From Antedon mediterranea (Eukaryota > Animalia > Echinodermata), in NCBI RefSeq assembly GCF_964355755.1, contig NC_092674.1, positions 31,620,001-31,684,000 of the forward strand: 64,000 nucleotides of DNA, given 5' to 3'. The notes under the pieces were generated by a model. That model saw nothing but the letters and a program-made list of their open reading frames with translations. It did no database searches and was not told the origin of the DNA. Below, one piece after another: positions 37,271 to 52,200 of the stretch; position 1 is the first letter of the stretch; the number at the start of each line of letters is the position of its first letter. Made by a program: the position numbers and the translations under genes.

Positions 37271-40200
37271 ATGTGGTTGTTTTTCTACCCTTTCATCGTA
37301 CTATTGATGTATGTTATCCAGTCTATACATTGCCAAGATTCCAGCAATGCATCGCTGTGTAAGAGCGAATGTCCAGAGCCATATAATCCCGATTTTGCTA
37401 GGGCAGGTAGGTTCATTTATTATTGTTTTAAAAAGACATGGAGGGAACTAATACTAGGCCTACACTGTAAAAGTGGACGTGATTTTGTTTTTATAGGCCT
37501 AGTTTATAATAACATATTATATATATATTTTACCGTACCCATTATTTTGTTAATATATTTAGGCATATTCATCCATAGGTTTATTAGTTTCATTTGGACT
37601 TTTTGTGTTGCAATTGATTTTAGATTGAACATGATCTAAGCAAACTATCTCAGTTGTACACACAGAGACATAGTAATATTTACTGGCATTGAACTAAATT
37701 GAGTGTTACAGTTTAGTCAACCATACACATCAGACATAATAGTAATATATTAGCATAAAAGTTATTATCATAACTGTGTTTGTACTACACTAAGAGACCT
37801 CTTCGTTAAACACGGGTGTTATTCAAATTAAATACTACATTTAGCTAACAATTTGAAATAGCCTTTTTGGAAATTATTATTAGGGCCAACTAAATTATGA
37901 CAGATAGTCGGATAGTGGTAATAGCGTATAGGCAATGTCTTTCTGTGACATTTTGAAGGATTTACAGCGCCTTATAATCATCAGAGATCACAGAATGTTA
38001 CACGTTTCATGAATAATTTATTTAAATTACCGATAAGGTTACCACGCCGAGCTGTGCCATGCATACAGTACTATTAGTTATAATTTTAACCACACATTTA
38101 CATAAAAAGCATTAAAAAATTAATTTGTTAACATTGTGTTGTTTCCACATTCAATGGTCCATATGAATGAATGATTGAAATAAATCTGTCTTTACAATGA
38201 TGTTAAACCAATAGATTTGTCCTTTACAGGAATAATTCTTCATGTCGGCTCAAGTAAAGCCAAATTTGATGGTAACTTAGTGTTGAACTGTAGTTTCGCA
38301 AGAGCAATACTGGAACATAACCAAGTGTTTGACGATAAGCGAGCGCCCTTCACAACCATGGCAGTGTTACGATACACAGACGTAAATAACCCCCGTGAAT
38401 TTGAAAGGGAATGTAAGTATAATAATGGCAGTGTTACGATACACAGACGTAAATAACCCCCGTGAATTTGAAAGGGAATGTAAGTATAATAATGGCAGTG
38501 TTACGATACACAGACGTAAATAACCCCCGTGAATTTGAAAGGGAATGTAAGTATAATAATGGCAGTGTTACGATACACAGACGTAAATAACCCCCGTGAA
38601 TTTGAAAGGGAATGTAAGTATAATAATGGCAGTGTTACGATACACAGACGTAAATAACCCCCGTGAATTTGAAAGGGAATGTAAGTATAATAATGGCAGT
38701 GTTACGATACACAGACGTAAATAACCCCCGTGAATTTGAAAGGGAATGTAAGTATAATAATGGCAGTGTTACGATACACAGACGTAAATAACCCCCGTGA
38801 ATTTGAAAGGGAATGTAAGTATAATAATGGCAGTGTTACGATACACAGACGTAAATAACCCCCGTGCATTTGAAAGGGAATGTAAGTATAATAATGGCAG
38901 TGTTACGATACACAGACGTAAATAACCCCCGTGAATTTGAAAGGGAATGTAAGTATAATAATGGCAGTGTTACGATACACAGACGTAAATAACCCCCGTG
39001 AATTTGAAAGGGAATGTAAGTATAATAATGGCAGTGTTACGATACACAGACGTAAATAACCCCCGTGAATTTGAAAGGGAATGTAAGTATAATAATGGCA
39101 GTGTTACGATACACAGACGTAAATAACCCCCGTGAATTTGAAAGGGAATGTAAGTATAATAATGGCAGTGTTACGATACACAGACGTAAATAACCCCCGT
39201 GAATTTGAAAGGGAATGTAAGTATAATAATGGCAGTGTTACGATACACAGACGTAAATAACCCCCGTGAATTTGAAAGGGAATGTAAGTATAATAATGGC
39301 AGTGTTACGATACACAGACGTAAATAACCCCCGTGAATTTGAAAGGGAATGTAAGTATAATAATGGCAGTGTTACGATACACAGACGTAAATAACCCCCG
39401 TGAATTTGAAAGGGAATGTAAGTATAATAATGGCAGTGTTACGATACACAGACGTAAATAACCCCCGTGAATTTGAAAGGGAATGTAAGTATAATAATGG
39501 CAGTGTTACGATACACAGACGTAAATAACCCCCGTGAATTTGAAAGGGAATGTAAGTATAATAATGGCAGTGTTACGATACACAGACGTAAATAACCCCC
39601 GTGAATTTGAAAGGGAATGTAAGTATAATAATGGCAGTGTTACGATACACAGACGTAAATAACCCCCGTGAATTTGAAAGGGAATGTAAGTATAATAATG
39701 GCAGTGTTACGATACACAGACGTAAATAACCCCCGTGCATTTGAAAGGGAATGTAAGTATAATAATGGCAGTGTTACGATACACAGACGTAAATAACCCC
39801 CGTGAATTTGAAAGGGAATGTAAGTATAATAATGGCAGTGTTACGATACACAGACGTAAATAACCCCCGTGAATTTGAAAGGGAATGTAAGTATAATAAT
39901 GGCAGTGTTACGATACACAGACGTAAATAACCCCCGTGAATTTGAAAGGGAATGTAAGTATAATAATGGCAGTGTTACGATACACAGACGTAAATAACCC
40001 CCGTGAATTTGAAAGGGAATGTAAGTATAATAATGGCAGTGTTACGATACACAGACGTAAATAACCCCCGTGAATTTGAAAGGGAATGTAAGTATAATAA
40101 TGGCAGTGTTACGATACACAGACGTAAATAACCCCCGTGAATTTGAAAGGGAATGTAAGTATAATAATGGCAGTGTTACGATACACAGACGTAAATAACC

Positions 40201-43200
40201 CCCGTGAATTTGAAAGGGAATGTAAGTATAATAATGGCAGTGTTACGATACACAGACGTAAATAACCCCCGTGAATTTGAAAGGGAATGTAAGTATAATA
40301 ATGGCAGTGTTACGATACACAGACGTAAATAACCCCCGTGAATTTGAAAGGGAATGTAAGTATAATAATGGCAGTGTTACGATACACAGACGTAAATAAC
40401 CCCCGTGAATTTGAAAGGGAATGTAAGTATAATAATGGCAGTGTTACGATACACAGACGTAAATAACCCCCGTGAATTTGAAAGGGAATGTAAGTATAAT
40501 AATGGCAGTGTTACGATACACAGACGTAAATAACCCCCGTGAATTTGAAAGGGAATGTAAGTATAATAATGGCAGTGTTACGATACACAGACGTAAATAA
40601 CCCCCGTGAATTTGAAAGGGAATGTAAGTATAATAATGGCAGTGTTACGATACACAGACGTAAATAACCCCCGTGAATTTGAAAGGGAATGTAAGTATAA
40701 TAATGGCAGTGTTACGATACACAGACGTAAATAACCCCCGTGAATTTGAAAGGGAATGTAAGTATAATAATGGCAGTGTTACGATACACAGACGTAAATA
40801 ACCCCCGTGAATTTGAAAGGGAATGTAAGTATAATAATGGCAGTGTTACGATACACAGACGTAAATAACCCCCGTGAATTTGAAAGGGAATGTAAGTATA
40901 ATAATGGCAGTGTTACGATACACAGACGTAAATAACCCCCGTGAATTTGAAAGGGAATGTAAGTATAATAATGGCAGTGTTACGATACACAGACGTAAAT
41001 AACCCCCGTGAATTTGAAAGGGAATGTAAGTATAATAATGGCAGTGTTACGATACACAGACGTAAATAACCCCCGTGAATTTGAAAGGGAATGTAAGTAT
41101 AATAATGGCAGTGTTACGATACACAGACGTAAATAACCCCCGTGAATTTGAAAGGGAATGTAAGTATAATAATGGCAGTGTTACGATACACAGACGTAAA
41201 TAACCCCCGTGAATTTGAAAGGGAATGTAAGTATAATAATGGCAGTGTTACGATACACAGACGTAAATAACCCCCGTGAATTTGAAAGGGAATGTAAGTA
41301 TAATAATGGCAGTGTTACGATACACAGACGTAAATAACCCCCGTGAATTTGAAAGGGAATGTAAGTATAATAATGGCAGTGTTACGATACACAGACGTAA
41401 ATAACCCCCGTGAATTTGAAAGGGAATGTAAGTATAATAATGGCAGTGTTACGATACACAGACGTAAATAACCCCCGTGAATTTGAAAGGGAATGTAAGT
41501 ATAATAATGGCAGTGTTACGATACACAGACGTAAATAACCCCCGTGAATTTGAAAGGGAATGTAAGTATAATAATGGCAGTGTTACGATACACAGACGTA
41601 AATAACCCCCGTGAATTTGAAAGGGAATGTAAGTATAATAATGGCAGTGTTACGATACACAGACGTAAATAACCCCCGTGAATTTGAAAGGGAATGTAAG
41701 TATAATAATGGCAGTGTTACGATACACAGACGTAAATAACCCCCGTGAATTTGAAAGGGAATGTAAGTATAATAATGGCAGTGTTACGATACACAGACGT
41801 AAATAACCCCCGTGCATTTGAAAGGGAATGTAAGTATAATAATGGCAGTGTTACGATACACAGACGTAAATAACCCCCGTGAATTTGAAAGGGAATGTAA
41901 GTATAATAATGGCAGTGTTACGATACACAGACGTAAATAACCCCCGTGAATTTGAAAGGGAATGTAAGTATAATAATGGCAGTGTTACGATACACAGACG
42001 TAAATAACCCCCGTGAATTTGAAAGGGAATGTAAGTATAATAATGGCAGTGTTACGATACACAGACGTAAATAACCCCCGTGAATTTGAAAGGGAATGTA
42101 AGTATAATAATGGCAGTGTTACGATACACAGACGTAAATAACCCCCGTGAATTTGAAAGGGAATGTAAGTATAATAATGGCAGTGTTACGATACACAGAC
42201 GTAAATAACCCCCGTGCATTTGAAAGGGAATGTAAGTATAATAATGGCAGTGTTACGATACACAGACGTAAATAACCCCCGTGAATTTGAAAGGGAATGT
42301 AAGTATAATAATGGCAGTGTTACGATACACAGACGTAAATAACCCCCGTGAATTTGAAAGGGAATGTAAGTATAATAATGGCAGTGTTACGATACACAGA
42401 CGTAAATAACCCCCGTGAATTTGAAAGGGAATGTAAGTATAATAATGGCAGTGTTACGATACACAGACGTAAATAACCCCCGTGAATTTGAAAGGGAATG
42501 TAAGTATAATAATGGCAGTGTTACGATACACAGACGTAAATAACCCCCGTGAATTTGAAAGGGAATGTAAGTATAATAATGGCAGTGTTACGATACACAG
42601 ACGTAAATAACCCCCGTGAATTTGAAAGGGAATGTAAGTATAATAATGGCAGTGTTACGATACACAGACGTAAATAACCCCCGTGAATTTGAAAGGGAAT
42701 GTAAGTATAATAATGGCAGTGTTACGATACACAGACGTAAATAACCCCCGTGAATTTGAAAGGGAATGTAAGTATAATAATGGCAGTGTTACGATACACA
42801 GACGTAAATAACCCCCGTGAATTTGAAAGGGAATGTAAGTATAATAATGGCAGTGTTACGATACACAGACGTAAATAACCCCCGTGAATTTGAAAGGGAA
42901 TGTAAGTATAATACAAGTACTTTATTCTTTTACTAAAAAAAGAATGATGTAGATTAAGCATTAGTTAATACGATTCACTTTCTCATTATCGATAGTTCTT
43001 CTTTGACACGTATTAGCATTGAGCTTTACTATGTGCAGTAATTATTGTAAAGTGAACCAATTAATTATTATTTTGTCTTTCTACAGTATACATATAGAAG
43101 CAGGGACCTTTGTTGCCTGTGTTGTTAGGTATAAGCATTGCAACAATTCATAATTATATTGTCTTTCTACAGTATACATATAGAAGCAGGAACCTTTGTT

Positions 43201-46200
43201 GCCTGTGTTGTTAGGTATAAGCATTGCAACAATTAATTATTATTTTGTCTTTCTACAGTATACATATAGAAGCAGGGACCTTTGTTGCCTGTGTTGTTAG
43301 GTATAAGCATTGAAACAATTAATTATTATTTTGTCTTTCTACAGTATACATATAGAAGCAGGGACCTTTGTTGCCTGTGTTGTTAGGTATAAGCATTGAA
43401 ACAATTCATAATTATATTGACTTATTTATTGATGTTTGTAAAAAGAATTTACAGCAGGGTCTTCCATCGATATTTGCTATGCCCCAATAGTTTGGAACCA
43501 CAGTTCTAGGTTTGGCAGTAATCTCCGTCTAGCAATATAGTGATAAAGGTGTTTAAATTATCTGCCTTACAGTAAATTGTTTAAATATAACGAATAATCT
43601 AGCTACAAAAAAAAAAAAATGTTTCAGTTGTTACACGGCAGTGGGTACGCGTTTATTTGGAGTTTACAAACGTAAAATAGGATAACCAACTATAACCGTC
43701 AATTATGAAAATGGAACTGAAACAAAAATAGCAGAACCCGTATAATATGTAATGTCAATATAGTGAACGTTACCATTACTGTTTTTAAATATAAGAAGAA
43801 AATGTGTGTGCAATAGTCATTATATATTCGGCGCCTGCTTATAAGTTGAATGCATTTCGCCTACATCCAGTGATACCATGCACTAGCGACATTTGGCTTT
43901 CATAGTAACGTTACACATTAACAACTTTTAATGAAGCCTTATTGAACATTTTATCAATACAGTTATTGATTTATACTCAAATTATGTAACAACTTAAAAA
44001 TTGAGATCATATTAATTTTAATTCTGTTGTTTTATAGCCTGTATTTGCACCGTAAATACGTGCACATTTCTAATTCTGATATTCTGAGAAATTTTTAATG
44101 TCGAGAAACGTACTCATATATATTCCATAATACAGTAGGTCATATGAATAATATGCTAAACATTACGCAATGTTACCTTGGTTTCATAAAGCATTTAATA
44201 AATTGCTCCCTAGTGAATCTTAAATAAAAGTATATGTTATCTCAACATAAATCTGGCTTATAAATCTACATAGATACATGAATATATAATTATGCTTAAT
44301 ACGTAGAGTACCAGTTCACAGTGTAAAAATGTGATGTCATTAATCATCAGTCTCAGTTAAATACCGTATATCTTTATTCTATCTTTAAATATCGCAACGT
44401 GTGACGTACCGTACGAACTCTAATCTAAAGAGCCAACAAAAAAGCATAAATAAAAATATAACAATATTCGAAAGATATCGTATAGTCAAACAATTGTGAA
44501 GTGCAAATTACGTATACACATGTTTTAAATTATCTTCCTATTAGAAAGGTGAAGTTGCCACAATAAATAGTGTACTTGTTTCAAATTCAAAGCGCTTTCA
44601 CTTGGAATTATCATTATGTGTAGGTTCATTATTAATAGCCTTCTTTTTTTATCTAGTAAATGGAGAATATCATTACATGTTTTTTACGTCCTTGGTTTTA
44701 ATCTTGAATAATGGACATGAACTTCCTCTCAAAACTACTAATATTGAGCAAATTTACCAAACTATCTACCTTCTGTTGAACGTTTTAAACATTCGTGAAA
44801 TTAAATAAAAAATCAAATATTTATAGACCCAATGTTCAGGAATATCATGCATTATGATGTTTTATTCCCATGTTGATTATTACAAATATGATAAAAGCAT
44901 TTCTGATTTAAAGTTAAATTCAGTTTTTACTCTATAATGCATTATAATCAAACACGTGATATGCAAAATGTATTCCCTCGATATAGGTACTTATTTTTTT
45001 CTTCTGATTTTAATGAATGGGCAGATTTTGTGAACAGGTTAACACGTAAATATAATTGTGCATTAAAAACACAGAATTGCCTGACAAATTGGTGTTTTCA
45101 GCTTTTACCGGTACCTATATGTTATCACCTACTATAGTATACCATGATTTACATTTTGTATTGAATATTATTTCCCAGTGATTTATTTTAATCTTTCATT
45201 ATTTTCGTATTAATGATGCAACTCAATGTAAACCTAAGTGATTTAACTTGGAACGATATTTTGCAAATGATAATTATTTAAAGAATTTACCTAAAGCTAT
45301 TTCATCATACCTATATTCTTCTCAGAGAACTGTTGGAAATGGTACTTGCCTTTAGCAGACTTAACTTAATGTTTATAAATGAGACAAATCAAACTTTAGA
45401 ATATCACACTAAATAAAGAGCAATTAAAACAGAAACAATATTAAATATTTCAGACCAGACAAGTGTGTCAAGAACGTGCTTAGAGTATAATATGTCGATA
45501 GATCTATTAAAATACTGACTTTACAGCAGTATTGATTTAACATTGCCTTAATTTGCACTGCTCTTAGGCAAAGTTTTTTTTAAAATATCCATTAATGTTT
45601 TAATGATGTAATTGATGAATATATGTTTTGTTCATGTGTGAGTGCCAATAAATTTTCATAACAGGAGAAATGTTGCCACAATTTAAAAAGATCCACAAAT
45701 ACAATAAAAAAATCATAAACAAGATAGTTATTTTTGTTTATTTAAAAATGTTACATCGCAATTTAGCGATGTAACACAATGTATGTACAATTTTAAGTAT
45801 TCATTTAATGCATTACAAGGGTACTATAAAAATGTATACAGTATTATACTATACACACACTACTAAAAAGGTCTGCATTATGTTCTACTGTTGTATAGAT
45901 TGTATTGTCATAAAGCAGAATCCTAAAGGTGGTAATACGTGTTGTTTTACGAGTTGATGACAAAATCGTTGTTGCATGTCCGTTTATAGAGAAAGGTTGC
46001 ACGAATGAACGATTGCAAAAGCATACATTACCTTTTTTTAAAACGCACAGTTGATGGCTACCAAGTGTTCTGTCTAATTATGTAAATTGATTTACAAATA
46101 TATAATATTAAATCTAATTATAAATTTCATAGTGATAATACTAAACTTTAAACATTGGTTAAATTTAGTGGAATGCATTCACATTGTTCATAGAGCATTA

Positions 46201-49200
46201 TGTGATGGATGGTTTCCATAAGTTTGATATACAGTTGATATGCAAATTAACTAGACACACGCACGAACACGTGATCTATTCTTGCGAGTACTGGCCTAAG
46301 GCGGGGATGTAGGAAAGCAAAATGTAAGTTCTTGTAGATCTACAATTGAGTACGTCTTCCAAGATATGTTCCTTAAGCTTAATTCATCCACACCATAACC
46401 AGACTGTTGACATCTTTAGGTTAATTGTAATCCGGAGTTATGACTTGACTTTGTGTTTTGAAAAAAAAAAACAAATAAACCTTAATAAGAATATAGTGAA
46501 AAGCTGTATAATGGTATAGTTGTTTGTGGTTGTAGTTACAGTTTATTATTATTATTTATTGTTTTATTATTTAACATGCAATAGTTAAAGGAACAATACA
46601 GAGTTTTCTGTTAGATTTTTTGTAAACTATTAATCCAGTATAGTTCGATTTTAGATATCACTAACAATTTAGCTCTGTCCTTCTTACGGTCAATATTCAT
46701 GCTGTCTATTCACATAAATATGTGTTGTTAAAACGAACATTTTCATCAAATCACCTCTGATCAGCAAAACAAATAACTAATCATAGATCCTATTTATTTG
46801 TGTGCTCAAGAGAATTAAATTTCGATATTTTTGTTTATGATAAAATGACTGTATTGATTAGAAGAAGTTCGTTTTCAGCTTCTAGCAATTCTCTACGTAT
46901 TAAATTATTCGCAGCCTGGTTTATTACAATGAATAATAGATGCGTATAATTTGGCGCGAAATTCCCGGCGGTACCATTAGGCGTTGATGCGCGTCTTCTG
47001 TCGTAGAGCTCTAAGTTTTTGTAGTGGATTATTGGTTGGTTTTCCCCTTGTGACCTTAGCTAACCGCCACGCGCACTAAACATATTCATGAAAGTATGCA
47101 TTTTAGATAATAATGACCTGGTCTAACTCCATGTCAGTTGGCGGCGTACCTTTTTTTTCTAATATTAACCGGAAAAAATCAATCAGTTTATATCATAAAC
47201 AATAGTATTTCAAATTATTTTGATTACATAGAGTTTTAGACGTGGTAAAAAAAGTATATCACCAGTGTTAACAGCAGTTTTTTGTGGCTCTTGCTTTTTC
47301 GTTGAAATATACTTTATTGTAAATAAAACAATCATCTAAGGTAAATTAATGTTGCACATTAAACCATTATGTTTGAAGTTGGAATTCATTTCTTTCTGTT
47401 ATATCAATTATGATATGATTCTTGTGCCAAAAAATAATACACTATTTATCTATATGAATTATAAATCGAGAATTTAAATGTTAAATATTACAAATAAATA
47501 CATGTTATTGCATTATAAATATTAAAGTGATGTATTGTATGTTGTGTTCTTCAATTTCCGGCAAGCAAAGTTACGAAACAGTGCCAAGCTATCATACTAT
47601 GGTTATTATAATATTCTGTCACGTACAGTCGTAATTCTTGAATAAAACAGTCCTATATTTTCTTGATTGTACAATTAGAATTGGAAAACCAATTATTGTT
47701 CTTCAAAATCGATTAAACAAATCTTCTTTTTTCCGTAGTGTGTTGGCAAATATCAAACTTTAACATTCTTGGCGGACACATGGCTCCGGCTACACTGGCT
47801 GTCATAGATGCATATACAAGGACTCTTGGCGTCCCATACATTACAACGAGTTTGTCCCCAAAAGAACTCTATCCTAATCAAAACTTTGATTTTACGTGGA
47901 GTTTAAAACCCTCTCTGGTATTACCGCTATTGGATATCATTACACGTTATTCACCCGAGAGAGTAGCTTATTTATATGCAAATGAAGAAGGTAATGTTCT
48001 GTCATGATCTTGCTCTTATCTTCTATGTCTCGTATTTGAGATATAACCAAAATAGTATTTCAATAGCAGTATTACATAGTAGTAGGCCTAGAGTAACTAT
48101 TTTTATGCAATAATTCCAGTATATAATTTCTGTAGAATTAACATACATTAATCTGTCAAAGAGTAAACTTACATTTTACTCGTTCCTGGTCATAACGGTA
48201 AACGTAGATCGCCTACCATTGCAAACACATTCTAACTTGTTAAGATTTTTTTTCTTAAGACTATTCTTATGAATTTCATGTCCATTCACAGTGTATTATT
48301 AATACTTATAAAATGTGTTTCTTCCCAGTGGAATTCATATTACATTATTGTACATGTGGACCATACCAACTCACGCGCAATACAATAGTAATGCTCAAAC
48401 CGCCGTAATTATATTCTTTGAATTCAGTATAGATATGAACTTATCACCTGTGGCAAAACTTCTAAGTATTTTGCTAATTATATTTTAAATTGTCATTAAA
48501 GTCAGAATTAATCATTTTAAGTTAAAGTTAAACGAGTTCAACCAAACTAATGAGTTTCGATTTTTCTATTCCAACCGTGTTATAAAATCATTTCAATGAT
48601 AATGTATGATATCTCTCGACAGTTTATTTTTTATCGTCTACATGTAAAACGTTTGTAGCTTATACATATTATGACTTACTAAGGTAAAAAAACCCTCAGA
48701 TATAATGTTATGTTATATTATTTTCAGCATTTTTAAGATATCAAAACCTGAAGTCCAATTTATCAAATTCCTACATGAACAGTACTATATTTAAGAAAAT
48801 AACAGGCAATATAAGGGACGATATACAAAGTCTACGAGATAAAGGCTGGACATTCTATGTTGTTGATGCTCCTGTACGTATAACACAAACGGTTTTAGAT
48901 AACGTAAGTTATTGCTTGCTTTTATACTTACCAACCAAACTTTTTTAAGCACATACACATCTAACTAATGCATAATGTACCTCATTATTAAATACCAAAT
49001 TTTAAGAAACTTATAACCAGCATTGTTATGTCTTCCTCCTCTAGTATTCCGGGACTGTATTTATATCTGTATTTTTACGATTATCTATTTAATTTTTACT
49101 TTGAATTTACCCAGGCAGCCTTACTAGGAATGGTAACGTTTAACTTCCATTTTGTAGTCGTAAACTTGGTGAGTATTGACATGAAAAAGGCCTATTTCAT

Positions 49201-52200
49201 TTTCATATGATTAAGTAAAATACTAAAGGCATTATAAATCAAATGTCTTGTTTTCTTTGCTTTGCATGGACTTTTATATCTATTTTTATTTCTATCAAAC
49301 AGAATGCTAATAAGTTAAAAGTTAACAGTTTCATTTACGGAGGAATGAACTTAACAGCCTTTCAGTTACCCGTGAACCAATCAAACTCAAGATTATTCAA
49401 TTTGACCGTCAATTGCAGTGACAGAACAAATATTAAAAATAACGTTACGATTGACCGCCCAGACGTAAGTTTTAACGTAATTGTATTACGTTTTAGTTTT
49501 TATTAATAAAATAATTTTTGTTTATTCAAGAATAACAATCAAAGAGATATACCTAGAAGTAGGGAGCAAATTAATTGACATTTTTACAAACTATTTATGT
49601 AAAATGTTCGACAACACTTTTAAATAATGTACTACTACAAACAATGTTTACGTCACAGAGGTAAGAAGGTTCGATCTGTTGCTTTAAATGTATTCTCTTT
49701 AATAGAAAAATTTTAAGTTGCATTAACATTTATTATTAGGCTGATGCCATATTGCTCCATGACCTTTCACTTGTCTTGCTGAATGCCTTCGAAACAGTAC
49801 TTGCTAAGTATTCATACATGCCCGTCAGTCAACGATCACAATGTTTCTGTAGCAGGTTTTTTGATTCAAAATGTTGTTCCAGACTTCGGGTGAGTTACGC
49901 ATCATAACATGACAAGCACTTAATATATGAAAATGTATGTTTGTGTGATGTAAAACTAAACTTAATTGTGGTAATCTGTCACACATTAATCTTCTCTATT
50001 GTTCAGTGATTTTGTAGTAATTAACAGTACTGTTGAATAGTAGTCAGCCGTCATCTATTATTATGTTTCACCATGCTTTCATGATAACATTTTCTTGGTA
50101 CTATCAAATTACATTACTGGTAGTACATAATGTCGACTCTATACCTAATTAGCATGAAAGTTCATCTGTGGTAATAATACTAAACTCTGTGAAATGGTTC
50201 TCATGCAACAAATTAAAGTGTTTTTTTTAAATTTATTTCAATTTTCTTCATTAATCAGAAAAACGAGTGTCTAATGTCGTGTTGCTGTTTGCAAAAGTTG
50301 GCAGAATCCAGCGTGGATGCACATGGGTGCACCCAGGGTCGAACTTACATCTCAGCTTTTCAAGAGGTATTGCATTATTAAACCTATGATCACAGAATTA
50401 TCCAATATTGACAGAATACGACTAGATATTATTCATAATATCATTATAATATCTTCGTTATAAATATTTGTAAATGTTATTGAATTAAATATCATTCTTT
50501 GATGATAATTCACATTCCTAAACTAAACATTTTCTTTAGATTTTAATTATATTACGTTGACAGATAAAATGCTGAGTCAAACGATTTAAACTTCAATGTG
50601 ACAGAATGCAAATAATATGGTGAATTCACATGGGATGTCAATCAAACACGTATTACGTTTATGATATGCATATTAAGTATTTCTGACCTAAAATGTGTCG
50701 TTTAATTTGACATATATTTGCAGATGATAGTTGACGGTTTGTCCGGATCAATTCAATTTGATAACGTCACAGGAGAACGTACATCATACACGCTTCAAGT
50801 TATTGGTATTAAGGATTCTGAATTCATACCGGTAAATACTCATGACTGAATGATTAAGTGTCTGTAGCCTACATTACTTAAGTATAACAAGATGGATTTA
50901 AGTTTTATAAAGATTAAGTTTACGGTTGATGATGATGAGAATGAGAATTTAGATTCAAGTGTATTTCCTCCATGTTGATGATATGAGTTTTATTTTTGAT
51001 TATGATGATAATGACGACATTAATAATTTTCATATTAAACATTACGCGACCGATACTAAGGTTTAATCAAATTTGTTGATTACAATTATTATAGATTGCA
51101 ACATGGAAGTCAGATAGGAGCGTGCGTTTACAATTTGCTAATTTTACTGAAGATTCCGTTGACAATAAAGACGAGGTTGAAATTTTAAAACAAAGAGAAT
51201 TAATTGTCACTTCAATTTTGGTAAGGAAGTAAGGTATAGGTATTAGTCCTACACACTTAATGCAGCTTGTATTCGATATAGGACTAATAATTTTTTAAAG
51301 TTTTTGTTAATAAACACAAACATTAATGTATACTTCTCAATGCAAATATATATTTAACCTACTCATTCTTACAACATTTTTACAATAGTTATAATGTGTT
51401 TTTGTTTGTTTTGGAAAAGGACAAACCATTTTTGATGAGGAAGGATGACGAAGACAAGAACGCTGGGAACGAGCAATTTGAAGGTTACTGTGCTGATCTG
51501 CTAACCTATCTTGCAAACAAAATACACTTTAAATATCGAATAAAAATCGTTGCTGATCAACAGTATGGATCGAATAACACTGGTACATGGAATGGAATGG
51601 TCGGAGAAGTAATGACAGGGGTAAATGATGGTGGTGATGAATGTTAATCAATGTTTTTATTAAGAATTGAATAGTGGTAATGATCGTAATGGTGATGACA
51701 ACTATGTTAACAATATAGTGGAACTACAAGTTAGCATTTGATAAAATCAACGTTTACCAGATTTAACCCTTAAAACATACATTTTGTCTTACAGAAAGCA
51801 GATATGGCTGTAGCAGGATTAACAATAAACGCAGAGCGTGAGAAAGCTGTACTTTTTACAAAACCATTTATGAACATAGGAATTAGTATCATGTATAACA
51901 AACCTCATCACTCAACACCGGGTATATTCTCGTTTCTTAAGCCACTTCAAGCTAACGTGTGGACTTGTGTTGTCTTTGCTTATGTTGGTGTCACCGTAGT
52001 ACTTTACTTGGTGACTCGAATTAGTCCGTCTGAATGGAACTTATATGAAGTAGAACCTGAGACTTGTAGTCAGAAATCAGCAAATTCGAAAGAGAGTCCG
52101 ATATATTTCAATATGTACAACAGTGTTTGGTTCTCTTTCGGAGCCCTGATGCAGCAGGGTGGAGAAGTCACTCCAAGGTATGTTTTTATTATATTCCGAA

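Noticed and set aside
38358-42913. CRISPR-like array
   Set aside because: Units are contiguous and near-identical, with no unique spacers and no cas genes; the context is a eukaryotic intron.
43500-47700. Nested gene in the long iGluR intron 2
   Set aside because: Only short AT-rich ORFs without motifs; no supportable exon chain was found.
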